A DNA stretch of 64,000 bases from Octopus sinensis (GCF_006345805.1 NC_043019.1:32673360-32737359); one strand, 5' to 3'. Positions 11,071 through 23,003 are shown, numbered from the stretch's first letter. The notes: generated by a model not told the origin, from the sequence alone. Numbers and translations: made by a program.

Positions 11071-12942
11071 GGCGGTGAACTGGCATGCCGGGTGAACTGG
11101 CGTGCTTGGCAGTATTTCGTCTGCCATTACAATCTGAGTTCAAATTCTGCCGAGGTCGGCTTTGCCTTTCATCCTTTCAGGGTTGATGAATTAAGTACCA
11201 GTTACGCGCTGTGGTCGATATAATCGACTTAATCCGTTTGTCTGTCCTTGTTTGTCCCTTCCGTGTTTAGTCTCTTGTGGGTAGTAAAGAAATAGGTATT
11301 TCGTCTGTCTTTACGTTCTGAGTTCAAATTCTGCCGAGGTCGACTTTGCCTTTCGTCCTTTCGGGGTTGAGGAATTAAGTACCAGTTACACACTGGGGTC
11401 GATATAATCGACTTAATCCGTTTGTCTGTCCTTGTTTGTCCCTTCTGTGTTTAGCCCCTTGTGGGTAGTAAAGAAATAGGTATTTCGTCTGTCTTTACGT
11501 TCTGAGTTCAAATTCTGCCAAGGTCGACTTTGCCTTTCATCCTTTCGGGGTTGAGGAATTAAGTACCAGTTACGCGCTGGGGTCGATATAATCGACTTAA
11601 TCCGTTTGTCTGTCCTTGTTTGTCCCTTCCGTGTTTAGCCCCTTGTGGGTTGTAAAGAAATAGGTATTTCATCTGTCTTTACGTTCTGAGTTCAAATTCC
11701 ACCGAGGTCAACTTTGCCTTTCATCCTTCGGGGTGATGAATTAAGTACCATTACGCACTGGAGTCGATATAATCGACTAATCCATTGTCGTCCTTGTTTG
11801 TCCTTCCGTGCTTAGCCCCTTGTGGGTAGTAAAGAAATAGGTATTTTGTCTGTCTTTACGTTCTGAGTTCAAATTCGCGAGGGTCAACTTTGCCTTTCAT
11901 CCTTTCGGGGTTGATAAATTAAGTACCAGTTACGCACTGGGGTCGATATAATCTACTTAATCCGTTTGTCTGTCCTTGTTTGTCCCTTCCGTGTTTAGCC
12001 CCTTGTGGTAGTAAAGAAATAGGTATTTCGTCTGTCTTTACGTTCTGAGTTCAAATTCCCCGAGGTCCGAGGTCGACTTTGCCTTTCATTTCGGGGTTGA
12101 TAAATTAAGTACCAGTTACGCACTGGGGTCGATATAATCGACTTAATCCATTTGTCTCTCCTTGTTTGTCCTTTCCGTGTTTAGCCCCTTGTGGGTAGTA
12201 AAGAAATAGGTATTTCGTCTGTCTTTACGTCTGAGTTCAATTCCGCCGAGGTCGACTTTCCCTTTCATCCTTTCGGGGTTGATAAATTAAATACCAGTTA
12301 CGCACTGGGGTCGATATAATCGACTTAATCCGTTTGTCTGTCCTTGTTTGTCCCTTCCGTGCTTAGCCCCTTGTGGGTAGTAAAGAAACAGGTATTTTGT
12401 CTGCCGCTACGTACTGAGTTCAAATTCCGCCGAGGTCAACTTTGCCTTTCATCCTTTTGGCGTTGATAAATTAAGTACCAGTTACGCACTGGGGTCGATA
12501 TAATCTACTTAATCCGTTTGTCTGTCCTTGTTTGTCCCTTCCGTGCTTAGCCCCTTGTGGGTAGTAAAGAAATAGGTATTTCGTCTGTCGTTACGATCTG
12601 AGTTCAAATTCCGCCGAGGTCGACTTTGCCTTTCATCCTTTCGGGGTTGATAAATTAAGTACCAGTTACGCACTGGGGTCGATATAATCGACTTAATCCG
12701 TTTGTCTGTCCTTGTTTGTCCCTTCCGTGTTTAGCCCCTTGTGGGTAGTAAAGAAATAGGTATTTCGTCTGTCTTTACGTTCTGAGTTCAAATTCCGCCG
12801 AGGTCAACTTTGCCTTTCATCCTTTCGAGGTTGATAAATTAAGTACCAGTTACGCACTGGGGTCGATATAATCGACTTAATCCGTTTGTCTGTCCTTGTT
12901 TGTCCCCTCTGTATGTAGCCCCTTGTGGGCAGTAAAAAAATA
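11071..12942 (+). mobile_element. SINE family B tandem array: one head plus 10 body units of about 183 bp
   Basis: Units restart at GGTATTTCGTCTG; flanked by a 17-bp direct repeat GGTACAGTTGACAGAGT (11047-11063 and 12943-12959). Confidence 0.92.
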
Positions 12943-13159
12943 GGTACAGTTGACAGAGTTGATCATTCGTATTGGATTATTGTGTTAGTTTAATATTGTA
13001 CCTATGTTGGACATAGTATGGAGTACATTCTGTGTGAACGTATTAATTCTGCGAAAAGTTACTCTAGATAACCATATCCAAATATTTATTTGGGTAATGC
13101 TATTCCTACACCTTTGTGCACACCCAAACATCTTAATAATGGAAGCACTCCGTCGGTTC

Positions 13160-13519
13160 CGACGACGAGGGTTCCGGTTGATCCGAATCAACGGAACAGC
13201 CTGCTCGTGAAATTAACGTGTAAGTGGCTGAGCACTCCACAGACACGTGTACCCTTAACATAGTTCTCGGGGATATTCAGTGTGACACAGAGAGTGACAA
13301 GGCCGGCCCTTTGAAATACAGGTACAACAGAAACAGGAAGTAAGAGAAAGTTGTGGTGAAAGAGTACAGCAGGGATCACCACCATCCCCTGCCGGAGCCT
13401 CGTGGAGCTTTTAGGTGTTTTTGCTCAATAAACACTCATAACGCCCGGTCTGGGAATCGAAACTGCGATCCTACGACTGCGAGTCCACTGCCCTAACCAC
13501 TGGGCCATTGCGCCTCCAC
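13160..13519 (-). mobile_element. tRNA-derived SINE family C (OR-like)
   Basis: Reverse complement starts GGAGGCGCAATGGCCCAGTGGTTAGGGCAG...GTTTCGATTCCC. Confidence 0.85.
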
Positions 13520-13761
13520 TGCACACCCAAACATCATCTTAATATTATTGGCAATGAGTTTCTCAAACCTGAGGCATAGCAAGTGTATCATAGTTGCTGC
13601 ATTTGGGGCCAGATTTTTATATGGTCAAGTATGGGCAATGACCCAGATGCCCCCAAGCTTGTGTGGAAATACAAGTTTCCAGGACCAATTTATTTCGGAG
13701 AAGCCTAAAGCCTGGAGTTGAAATTTTAAAAATACATCTACTATAAAAGCGATAAACGTCG

Positions 13762-14062
13762 CCCTTTTCAAGCCTAGCCAGGCTCATGGGCCCGGTTTCC
13801 CGATTTCTGTGGCGTATGTGTTCCCCCCAGCTGGACGGGATGCCATTCCATTGCAGTGTTACTCAAGAAACAGGAAGAGAGAGCAAGAGAAAGTTGTGGC
13901 GAAAGAGTACAACAGGGGTCGCCACCACCCCCTGCCGGAACCTCGTGGAGCTTTTTAGGTGTTTTTGCTCAATAAACACACACAATACCCAGTCTGGGAG
14001 TCGAAACCGTGACCCTCCGACTGCGAGTCCGCTGCCCTAACCACTGGGTCATTGTGCCTCCA
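13762..14062 (-). mobile_element. SINE family C
   Basis: Homologous to 36857-37160. Confidence 0.85.
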
Positions 14063-14377
14063 TATCTACTATAACCAAATAAATAATTTGTAAGGTGAAC
14101 TGGCAGAATTGTTAGCACACCAGGCTAAATGCTGAGTAGTATTTCATCCATCTTTATGATCTGAGTTCAAATTTCGCAGAGGTCAACCTTTACCTTTTAT
14201 CCTTTCGGGATTGTTTAATATGTACCAGTCAAACACTGGGGTCAACGTGATTGACGTATCTCCTTCCCTGAAATTGCTGGCCCTGTGCTGAAATTTGAAA
14301 TCAATATAAATATGATTCATTATTATGTTAAGGTGGCAAGCTGGTAAAGGTGGCGACTGGCAGAATTGTTAACACCA

Positions 14378-15190
14378 CACTCACTCCCTCCTTCACTCGC
14401 TCACTCCCTTCCTTCCTCATTCACTCTCTCACTCCCACCTTCACGCACTCACTCCCTCACTCACTCCCTCCTTCACTCGCTCACTCCCTCCTTCACTCGC
14501 TCACTCCTTCCTTCACTCGCTCACTCCCTTCCTTCTTCATTCACTCTGTCACTCCCTCCTTCACTCACTCACTCACTCCCTCCTTCACTCACTCACTCCC
14601 TTCCTTCCTCATTCACTCTCTCACTCCCTCCTTCACTCCCACACACATTCCCTCCTTCACTCGCTCACTCCCTTCCTTCCTCATTCACTCTCTCACTCCC
14701 TCCTTCACTCACTCACTCACTCACTCACTCCCTCCTTCACTCACTCACTCATTCCCTCCTTCACTCACTCACTCAGTCACTCACTTACTCACTCCCTCCT
14801 TCACTCACTCACTCCCTTCTTTCCTCATTCACTCTCTCACCCTCTCCTTCACTCCCACGCTCATTCCCTCCTTCACTCAGTCACTCTCTCACTCCCTCCT
14901 TCACTCACTCACTCACTCCCTTCCTTCCTCATTCACTCTCTCACTCCCTCCTTCCCTCCCACACTCATTCCCTCCTTCACTCACTCACTCCCACACTCAT
15001 TCCCTCCTTCACTCACTCACTCCCTTCTTTCCTCATTCACTCTCTCACTCCCTCCTTCACTCCCACCCACACTCATTCCCTCCTTCACTCACTCACTCCC
15101 TTCCTTCCTTCCTCATTCACTCTCTCACTCCCTCCTTCACTCCCACCCACACTCATTTCCTCCTTCACTCACCCACTCACTCACTCACTG
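14378..15190. repeat. CT-rich (TCAC/TCCC) low-complexity minisatellite
   Basis: Seen directly; produces the spurious 358 and 429 aa ORFs that run into the real exon at 15220. Confidence 0.95.
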
Positions 15191-15219
15191 AAACACTTAT
15201 CTCTTTATTTCATTACCAG

Positions 15220-15457
15220 AAAGCCACCATTTTCGAAAGTGTTCCCTCCCAGAATGACACACGGTCTACCAATGCTTCCCGAAATGGCTCCTGTACTGGT
15301 GGAGACAGTCGGCGAGTCTATGATTGGATGGACACAAAGACAACATCCGATGCCCAAAGTGGTGAAGGTGAATCGAATCTTTGGTGCAGTGGAACAAATG
15401 GTGGACCCATGGACAGGTCATTTTGAAGACCACTTAGAAACTACAAAAATAAAACTA
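15220..15457 (+). CDS. RGS22: RGS22-like exon (KPPFSKVFPP...HFEDHLETTKIKL), start of an RGS-like domain
   Basis: tttatttcattaccag|A acceptor (phase 2, TC+A=Ser) and CTA|gtaagc donor (phase 0), open frame. Confidence 0.8.
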
Positions 15458-15555
15458 GTAAGCACTTTATTGGTGACTTTGAGGGAGGAGAGCAAGTGTG
15501 GCAATTACTTTGAGAACTTCTTAACCAAATGCAAAAATAAGGTAATATATAAATA

Positions 15556-16058
15556 TACTCTTTTACTCTTTTACTTGTTTCAGTCATTTGACCGCGGCCA
15601 TGCAGGAGCACCGCCTTTAGTCGAGCAAATCGACCCCGGGACTTATTCTTTGTAAGCCTAGTGCTTATTCTATCGGTCTCTTTTAGTCAAAAAATCAACC
15701 ACAGTACTCTTTACTCTTTTACTTGTTTCAGTCATTTGACTGTGGCCATGCTGGAGCACTGCCTTTAGTCGAGCAAATCGACCCCGGGACTTATTCTTTG
15801 TAAGCCTAGTGCTTATTCTATTGGTCTCTTTTAGTCAAAAAATCAACCACAGTACTCTTTACTCTTTTACTTGTTTCAGTCATTTGACTGTGGCCATGCA
15901 GGAGCACCGCCTTTAGTCGAGCAAATCGACCCCGGGACTTATTCTTTGTAAGCCCAGTACTTATTCTATCGGTCTCTTTTGTCGAACCGCTAAGTGACGG
16001 AGATGTAAACACACCAGCATCGGTTGTCAAGCAATGCTAGGGGAACAAACACATACAC

Positions 16059-16089
<31 letters not shown>

Positions 16090-16257
16090 TATACGACAGG
16101 CTTCTTTCAGCTTCCGTCTACCAAATCCATTCACATGGCATTGGACGGCCTGGGGCTATAGCAGAAGACACTTGCCCAAGATGCCACGCAGTGGGACTGA
16201 ACTCGGAACCATGTGGTTGGTTAGCAAGCTACTTACCACACAGCCACTCCTGCGCCT
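15556..16257 (-). mobile_element. SINE family A with triplicated 3' segment
   Basis: Full copy at 15854-16257 plus two extra 3' segments of about 148 bp (15556-15853). Confidence 0.88.
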
Positions 16258-16659
16258 ATCTTCAATCTTTAATCATTTATCTTTTATTTTTTGTCTTTTA
16301 CTTGTTTTACTTGTTTACTTTTGCTTTTTTCAGTCATTAGACTGCAGCCTTCCTGGGGCATCCCCTTGAAGAATTTTTTGTTGAATAATTGACACCAGTA
16401 CCCTTTTTTTGGGGGGAGGTTGTAAATCCTGGTGTTTATTCTATCGTCCTCTTTTGCTGAAAGTGTGATGAGGGACAATAACAGACACAGACACACACAC
16501 ACAGACACATACACACACACACACGTATGCATGCACACACGCACACACGCACACACAGACATATATATATATATATATATTGAGGGACATGCTCAATTGG
16601 TTACGGTCAAGCACTACTGAGCAAATGTGTAGTATTGAGTAGAATATTTGCTGGTTGTG

Positions 16660-16669
16660 CTGCTGCTGA

Positions 16670-16700
<31 letters not shown>

Positions 16701-16926
16701 GATGATAAAAGCAACAATGATGACAATGATGATGATGATGATGATAAACGTAACAATGATGACAATGATGATGATGATGATGATGATGATGATAACAACA
16801 CTGATGATTTGAGGCAACGTCAATGATGATGATGACAATGGTGGTGGTCATGGAATGGGGGTAGGGATGGTAGTTCTGCTGCTGCTGCTGATGATGATGC
16901 TGATGATAAAAGCAACAATGATGACA

Positions 16927-17000
<74 letters not shown>

Positions 17001-17600
17001 AACAACACTGATGATTTGAGGCAACGTCAATGATGATGATGACGATGGTGGTGGCCGTGGAATGGGGGTAGGGGTGGTAGTTCTGCTGCTGCTGCTGATG
17101 ATGATGATGATGCTGATGATAAACGTAACAATGATGACAATGATGATGATGATGATGATGATGATGATAAACGTAACAATGATGACAATGATGATGATGA
17201 TGATGATGATGATGATAAACGTAACAATGATGACAATGATGATGATGATGATAAAAGCAACAATGATGACAATGATGATGATGATGATGATGATGATGAT
17301 AAACGTAACAATGATGACAATGATGATGATGATGATGATGATGATGATAAACGTAACAATGATGACAATGATGATGATGATGATAAAAGCAACAATGATG
17401 ACAATGATGATGATGATGATGATGATGATGATAAACGTAACAATGATGACAATGATGATGATGATGATAAAAGCAACAATGATGACAATGATGATGATGA
17501 TGATGATGATGATGATAACAACACTGATGATTTGATGCAACGTCAATGATGATGATGACGATGGTGGTGGCGGTGGAATGGGGGTAGGGGTGGTAGTTCT

Positions 17601-17631
<31 letters not shown>

Positions 17632-18130
17632 CTGATGATAAACGTAACAATGATGACAATGATGATGATGATGATGATGATGATGATAAACGTAACAATG
17701 ATGACAATGATGATGATGATGATAAAAGCAACAATGATGACAATGATGATGATGATGATGATGATGATGATAACAACACTGATGATTTGATGCAACGTCA
17801 ATGATGATGATGACGATGGTGGTGGCGGTGGAATGGGGGTAGGGGTGGTAGTTCTGCTGCTGCTGCTGATGATGATGATGATGCTGATGATAAACGTAAC
17901 AATGATGACAATGATGACAATGATGATGATGATGATGATAACACTGATGATGATTTTTGATGCAACAATGTTGAGGATGATGATGATGATGACAATGGTA
18001 GTGGTGGTGGTGGTGGTGGTGGATAGGTGGATAGGTGGATTATGATGATGACAACGATGACGGCGGCGACAATGACAATGACGAGAACGACAATGGCGAT
18101 GATGACGAGGATGATGATGATGACGATGGT
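16660..18130. repeat. (GAT)n-based compound microsatellite with higher-order blocks
   Basis: Recurring AAACGTAACAATGATGAC and GGAATGGGGGTAGGGG blocks. Confidence 0.95.
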
Positions 18131-18255
18131 AATGAAGAGAAAGAGAGAAGAGATCTTGACGATTTCTTCTCTCTTTCTCTTCTTTTGGTTTACTCCTGAA
18201 ATTCTGCGACCCTTATTTTCGCTAAAATACACCCTTACCATTTTTGCTGCTACAG

Positions 18256-18357
18256 CTTGCACTCAACTGTCTTTACCTTTATCACAACATTGAGAAATTC
18301 TTGCAAATCTTCTACACTCAACCAATCAACATGTTTCGTATCTGCAGATATGCCAAA
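18256..18357 (+). CDS. RGS22: RGS22-like exon (LALNCLYLYHNIEKFLQIFYTQPINMFRICRYAK)
   Basis: tttttgctgctacag| acceptor and AAA|gtaagt donor, 102 nt, phase 0-0. Shows the RGS helix 4-5 pattern and resembles recalled RGS22 LFYQETLQPFKVCKQAQ. Confidence 0.87.
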
Positions 18358-18379
18358 GTAAGTTCAAACCATTTCTTTG

Positions 18380-18410
<31 letters not shown>

Positions 18411-19059
18411 GTTAATCACTCATTCTCATTTAATTGTATATATTTTAATTGTTTGTATATATTTTAATTGTTTAATTGTATATATTTTAATTGTTTGTTT
18501 ATTCATACGTTTCGTCTCATTCGATACCCCTGACTCCAACGTTTGTTTTGTCTGTCCTCGTATCGTCCCCTCTTTTACTCAACCTTATGGTGAGTAAAGA
18601 AATACTGTCTCTCTCTTTCTATCTCTCTCCCTGACTCTCTCTCCCTCTCTCCTTCTCCTCCTTCACTCTCTCTCATCTTATTTCTTCTATCATGCTATTT
18701 AATTTTATAGTATTAACTTTTGTAGTCGTTAAGATAACAAGCTGGCAGGACTGTTAAAAGTACCAGACAAAATACTTAGTTGCATTGCTTCTGACCCATT
18801 AGGTCTGAGTTCAAATTCCACTGAAGTCAACTTCACCTTCCATCCTTTTGGAATCGATGAAATAAGTACCAACCGAACCCTAGTCCATCTAGAACTCTCC
18901 AAGAGCAGGGGCCTATAAGTACAGTCAGTTTAAGCACCCAAAATTCAAAGTATGTTCAGTCAAGTTTGAATTACACTCTCCAGAAAGCTATTCTCATGGC
19001 TGCATGTTTAATTGCAGGTTTATGATAGAAGGGTAATCAAAGAAGACATGTCATGGCAC

Positions 19060-19468
19060 CTGGGTCTGTAGTACAAATGTCTTGTTTTCATAAATTTTGA
19101 ATTAAAATCTTCCACCAAACCTTAGTCACAATTTATGTTCCTAACACTAGCTGAATGATAACTAACCCTAACCCTAACCCTAACCCTAACCCTTCACTGT
19201 ATTGCATGAATACCTTACCTATTAACCCTTTCATTACCAACCCGACTGAAACCGGCTCTGGGTCTGTAGTACAAATGTCTTGTTTTCATAAGTTTTGAAT
19301 TAAAATCTTCCACCAAACCTTAGTCACAATTTATGTTCCTAACACTAGCTGAATGATAACTAAGTTATTTTACTAAATTCTTTGTTATATACCAACCCGG
19401 CTGAAACCGGCTCTGACTCTGTAGTACAAATGTCTTGTTTTCGTAAGTTTTGAATTAAAATCTTCCAC
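19060..19468. other. Templated insertion containing an interstitial telomeric repeat (CTAACC)5 at 19162-19192
   Basis: Pieces match 19840-20130; flanked by CATGGCAC at 19052-19059 and 19469-19476. Confidence 0.75.
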
Positions 19469-19870
19469 CATGGCACTTGATATGTAAAAACCAGCAAGAA
19501 TTTTGAGTTTCAAACAGACATTTTCCTTGCATGTCATCTTAGCATTTCCTTTAATTGTATTGCACAGCTAACACTGTCTCTTCGTCGGTTATTCTGACAA
19601 GAGTTCCAGTCGATCCGATCAATGGAACAGCCTGATCATGAAATTAATGTGCAGGTGGTTGAGCACTCCTCAGATATGTATGCCCTTAACGTAATACAGG
19701 TACCATTTACTTTTGCCTGCTGAGTGGAGAGGGGCGACATGAAATAAAGTGTCTCGCTCAAAGATGCAATGCACTGCCAAGAATTGAACTCATGGTCTTA
19801 CAGTTGTGAGCTGAATACTCCTAACCACTTAATCACACACCTTCATTGTATTGCATGAATACCTTACCTA

Positions 19871-20615
19871 TTAACCCTTTCATTACCAACCCGACTGAAA
19901 CCGGCTCTGGGTCTGTAGTACAAATGTCTTGTTTTCATAAGTTTTGAATTAAAATCTTCCACCAAACCTTAGTCACAATTTATGTTCCTAACACTAGCTT
20001 AATGATAACTGAGTTATTTTACTAAATTCTTTGTTATATTTAACCCTTTTGATACCAACCCGGCTGAAACCGGCTCTGGGTCTGTAGTACAAATGTCTTG
20101 TTTTCATAAGTTTTGAATTAAAATCTTCCACCAAACCTTAGTCACAATTTATGTTCCTAACACTAGCTTAATGATAACTGAGTTATTTTACTAAATTCTT
20201 TGTTATATTTAACCCTTTTGATACCAACCCGGCTGAAACCGGCTCTGGGTCTGTAGTACAAATGTCTTGTTTTCATAAGTTTTGAATTAAAATCTTCCAC
20301 CAAACCTTAGTCACAATTTATGTTCCTAACACTAGCTTAATGATAACTGAGTTATTTTACTAAATTCTTTGTTATATTTAACCCTTTTGATACCAACCCG
20401 GCTGAAACCGGCTCTGGGTCTGTAGTACAAATGTCTTGTTTTCATAAGTTTTGAATTAAAATCTTCCACCAAACCTTAGTCACAATTTATGTTCCTAACA
20501 TTAGCTTAATGATAACTAAGTTATTTTACTAAATTCTTCGTTATATTTAACCCTTTTGATACCAACCCGGCTGAAACCTGCTCTGGGTCTCTAGTACAAA
20601 TGTCTTGCTTTCAGA
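19871..20615. repeat. 169-bp tandem repeat derived from the left arm of a piggyBac-type MITE (4 units plus a partial)
   Basis: TTAACCCTTT at 19871, 20040, 20209, 20378 and 20547; same sequence as the MITE at 62467-62929. Confidence 0.9.
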
Positions 20616-20839
20616 CGTTTTTTTTTTTTCCTTTTCTTTTTTAATTTTTGTACTTTTGAATATGTAAGCTCAGACTGATGTAAAGTCAAATAAATGAACA
20701 GAAAGCTGGGGTCTATTTTTTTTCCCTTAATTTCTTGAAAAAAAGGAAAGACTATAACAAAGTCGAAAAAGTCATAACACGATACTACTCAAGTTGTAAC
20801 GTATTTGTACTTATACTGTATTTGTCTCTGGTTTCACAG

Positions 20840-21034
20840 TTTATATATTCGAAGTTCATTGCAACTGGCAGTCCATTCAGTGTTCGTGCTGGACCAAAAG
20901 TTATGTTATTTATATGGCAGAATCTAGATGATCCAGTTGGGGACATGTTTGATGAGGTGGTAGAACATATACTCACCGTTTTAGCTAAATTCTGGCACAG
21001 GCTTCTACTAGAAGAAAGCTGGATTTATAGAAAA
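20840..21034 (+). CDS. RGS22: RGS22-like exon (FIYSKFIATGSPFSV...DMFDEVVEHILTVLAKFW...IYRK), C-terminal half of an RGS domain
   Basis: ggtttcacag| acceptor and AAA|gtaagt donor, 195 nt, phase 0-0. Carries the classic RGS pattern IYxxFIxxGSPxxV...PxxDMFD and resembles recalled RGS22 FDTAEEYILLSLLEPW...AYKK. Confidence 0.9.
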
Positions 21035-21117
21035 GTAAGTAAAAAGTTGTATGGCATCACAGTAATGAGTTTTGTAGGTATGGCGTATGCAAGAGATTTG
21101 AAATATATGTACATATA

Positions 21118-21540
21118 GGCGCAGGAGTGGCTGTGTGGTAAGTAGCTTGCTTACCAGCCACATGGTTCTGGGTTCAGTCCCACTGCGTGGCACCTTGGGC
21201 AAGTGTCTTCTACTATAGCCTCGGGCCGACCAAAGCCTTGTGAATGGATTTGGTAGACGGAAACTGAAAGAAGCCCGTCATATGTATGTATATATATGTG
21301 TATATATGTGTGTGTGTTTGTGTATCTGTGTTTGTCCCCCTAGCTTTGCTTGACAACCGATGCTGGTGTGTTTATGTCCCCGTCACTTAGCGGTTTGACA
21401 AAAGAGACCGATAGAATAAGTACTGGGCTTACAAAGAATAAGTTCTGGGGTCGAGTTGCTCGATTAAAGGTGGTGCTCCAGCATGGCTGCAGTCAAATGA
21501 CTGAAACAAGTAAAAGAGTAAAAGAGAGAGAGTAAAGAGT
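21118..21540 (+). mobile_element. SINE family A, full length
   Basis: Homology to other copies. Confidence 0.9.
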
Positions 21541-21547
21541 ATATATA

Positions 21548-21954
21548 TCGTCGTCAGGGAACCCATTTATGAACGCCAGTCGCGCTGCTCTCTCCAGCCC
21601 TTCTCCTGTAAACCCAGCCAGTGTGGCCAACCTTCGCACTTCTGCCGTGTATTGGTCCACCTGTCCTCCCATCCATCTAATCGTACCCAGCTTAGCAAAA
21701 GCTGTATACTCACACACGGTGTAAACATCTCTCAGGCGTTGCTCTATCTTCTCCTCGCTCAGACGTTCTTCCTCGTCCATCTCAAGATATAGCGCCAACA
21801 CGCTCCCTTCCAACTACAGCGCCATAAGACTTGTCACATCACTTATGCCTTGCAGTCTTGCCACCAGCCTGATTTTACGAATCCAGGTCACTACATCGCC
21901 TTCACCATTAAAGGGTCTGATAATGTCGCTGGCGATCCTGATTTTCGCTGCCAT
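21548..21954 (-). pseudogene. Ty3/Gypsy gag fragment (MAAKIRIASDIIRPFNGEGDVVTW...AFINGFPDD) with an in-frame TAG
   Basis: PFxGEGDVxxW and LxGxAxAxY motifs, plus a YxxExRRLA...FINGFP MHR-like motif; stop at 21814-21816; 3'-truncated. Confidence 0.85.
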
Positions 21955-21989
21955 CGTGGTGACGTCTTATATGGAGTGCCGAAATAGCT

Positions 21990-22273
21990 TGTGGTGTATG
22001 CGAGAGATTCGAAATATGGACACCTACCTTGTTTTTACTCGACGGAAATCTCTCAGCGGTAATGGACCCTTCAACGCAGCCCGACCCGAACACTAGAAAT
22101 AGCAGCTGCTTCTCCCCTACCTTAACAATGTGCTCGCGCATCTGACTCCCTTGGTTACCTCGATCGAAAAGGGCCCAATGCTACCCTGCCTGTGTGCGTG
22201 TGACTCCTGCGCCTTCCTCTTCCGGTCAGCCCCAAGTTCCGGTCAGCTCCCCAGCTGCTGACGTATTCCCACA
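21990..22273 (-). mobile_element. 5' LTR of the Gypsy element (284 bp)
   Basis: Minus strand TGTGG...CCACA inverted termini, ending 36 bp upstream of the gag ATG. Confidence 0.7.
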
Positions 22274-22349
22274 GTAGGCAATTCTGCTTGTAAGATACAT
22301 TTAAATTTATACATATGAGTATGCACGAACATTCGTTTATATATAAAGA

Positions 22350-22672
22350 CACCCTTCAGTCATGAATGACCATGGGATTGCACCTAGAAGGCACAAATCC
22401 AGGCCAGGTTGTTGGTGAAAGGCCAGTAGTTGCCCATGTATACCAGTCTCCCCTCTCCATACCATCGATGTTGTCCTAGGGAAAGGTCAAGGAAATGCCG
22501 ATAAAACTTGAAATCAGTGACATCGTAACTCATTTCTACGACTGAGGGAACTGAAGCAATGTGAAATAAAGTGTCTTGTTCAAGAACACAACATGCAGCC
22601 CTGTCTGGGGATTGAACGCAGAACCTCATGATTGTAAACCCAATGATCTAATACTGGGCCATGCACCTTCAC
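22350..22672 (-). mobile_element. tRNA-SINE with a V-domain-like GTGTTCTTGAACAAGACAC motif
   Basis: Related copies at 31245-31720 and about 19600-19845. Confidence 0.7.
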
Positions 22673-22714
22673 ACAAACATTCAATTAAAATATATATAAA
22701 ACTACACACGTGAA

Positions 22715-22945
22715 GGCGGCAAACTGGCAGAAACGTTAGCATGTCGGGTGAAATGCGTAGCCATATTTCGTCTGCCGTTACATTCTGAGTTCAAATTCAG
22801 CCGAGGTCGACTTTGCCTTTCATCCTTTCGGGGTCGATAATTTAAGTACCAGTTACGCACTGGGGTTGATATAATTGACTTAATCCGTTTGTCTGTCCTT
22901 GTTTGTCCCCTCTGTGTTTAGCCCCTTGTGGGTAGAAAAGAAATA
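22715..22945 (+). mobile_element. SINE family B
   Basis: Head and core conserved. Confidence 0.9.
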
Positions 22946-23003
22946 TATATAACTACACACATGCTGTTGGTGATATTTTTCCTTCTCTGAACTTTTCTGC
23001 TTC

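Noticed and set aside
14350-15655. 358 and 429 aa ORFs as single-exon genes
   Set aside because: Mostly TCAC repeat; only 15220-15457 is a real exon.
16441-18262. Poly-Ser/Met/Ile/Asp ORFs
   Set aside because: (GAT)n repeat artefacts inside an intron.
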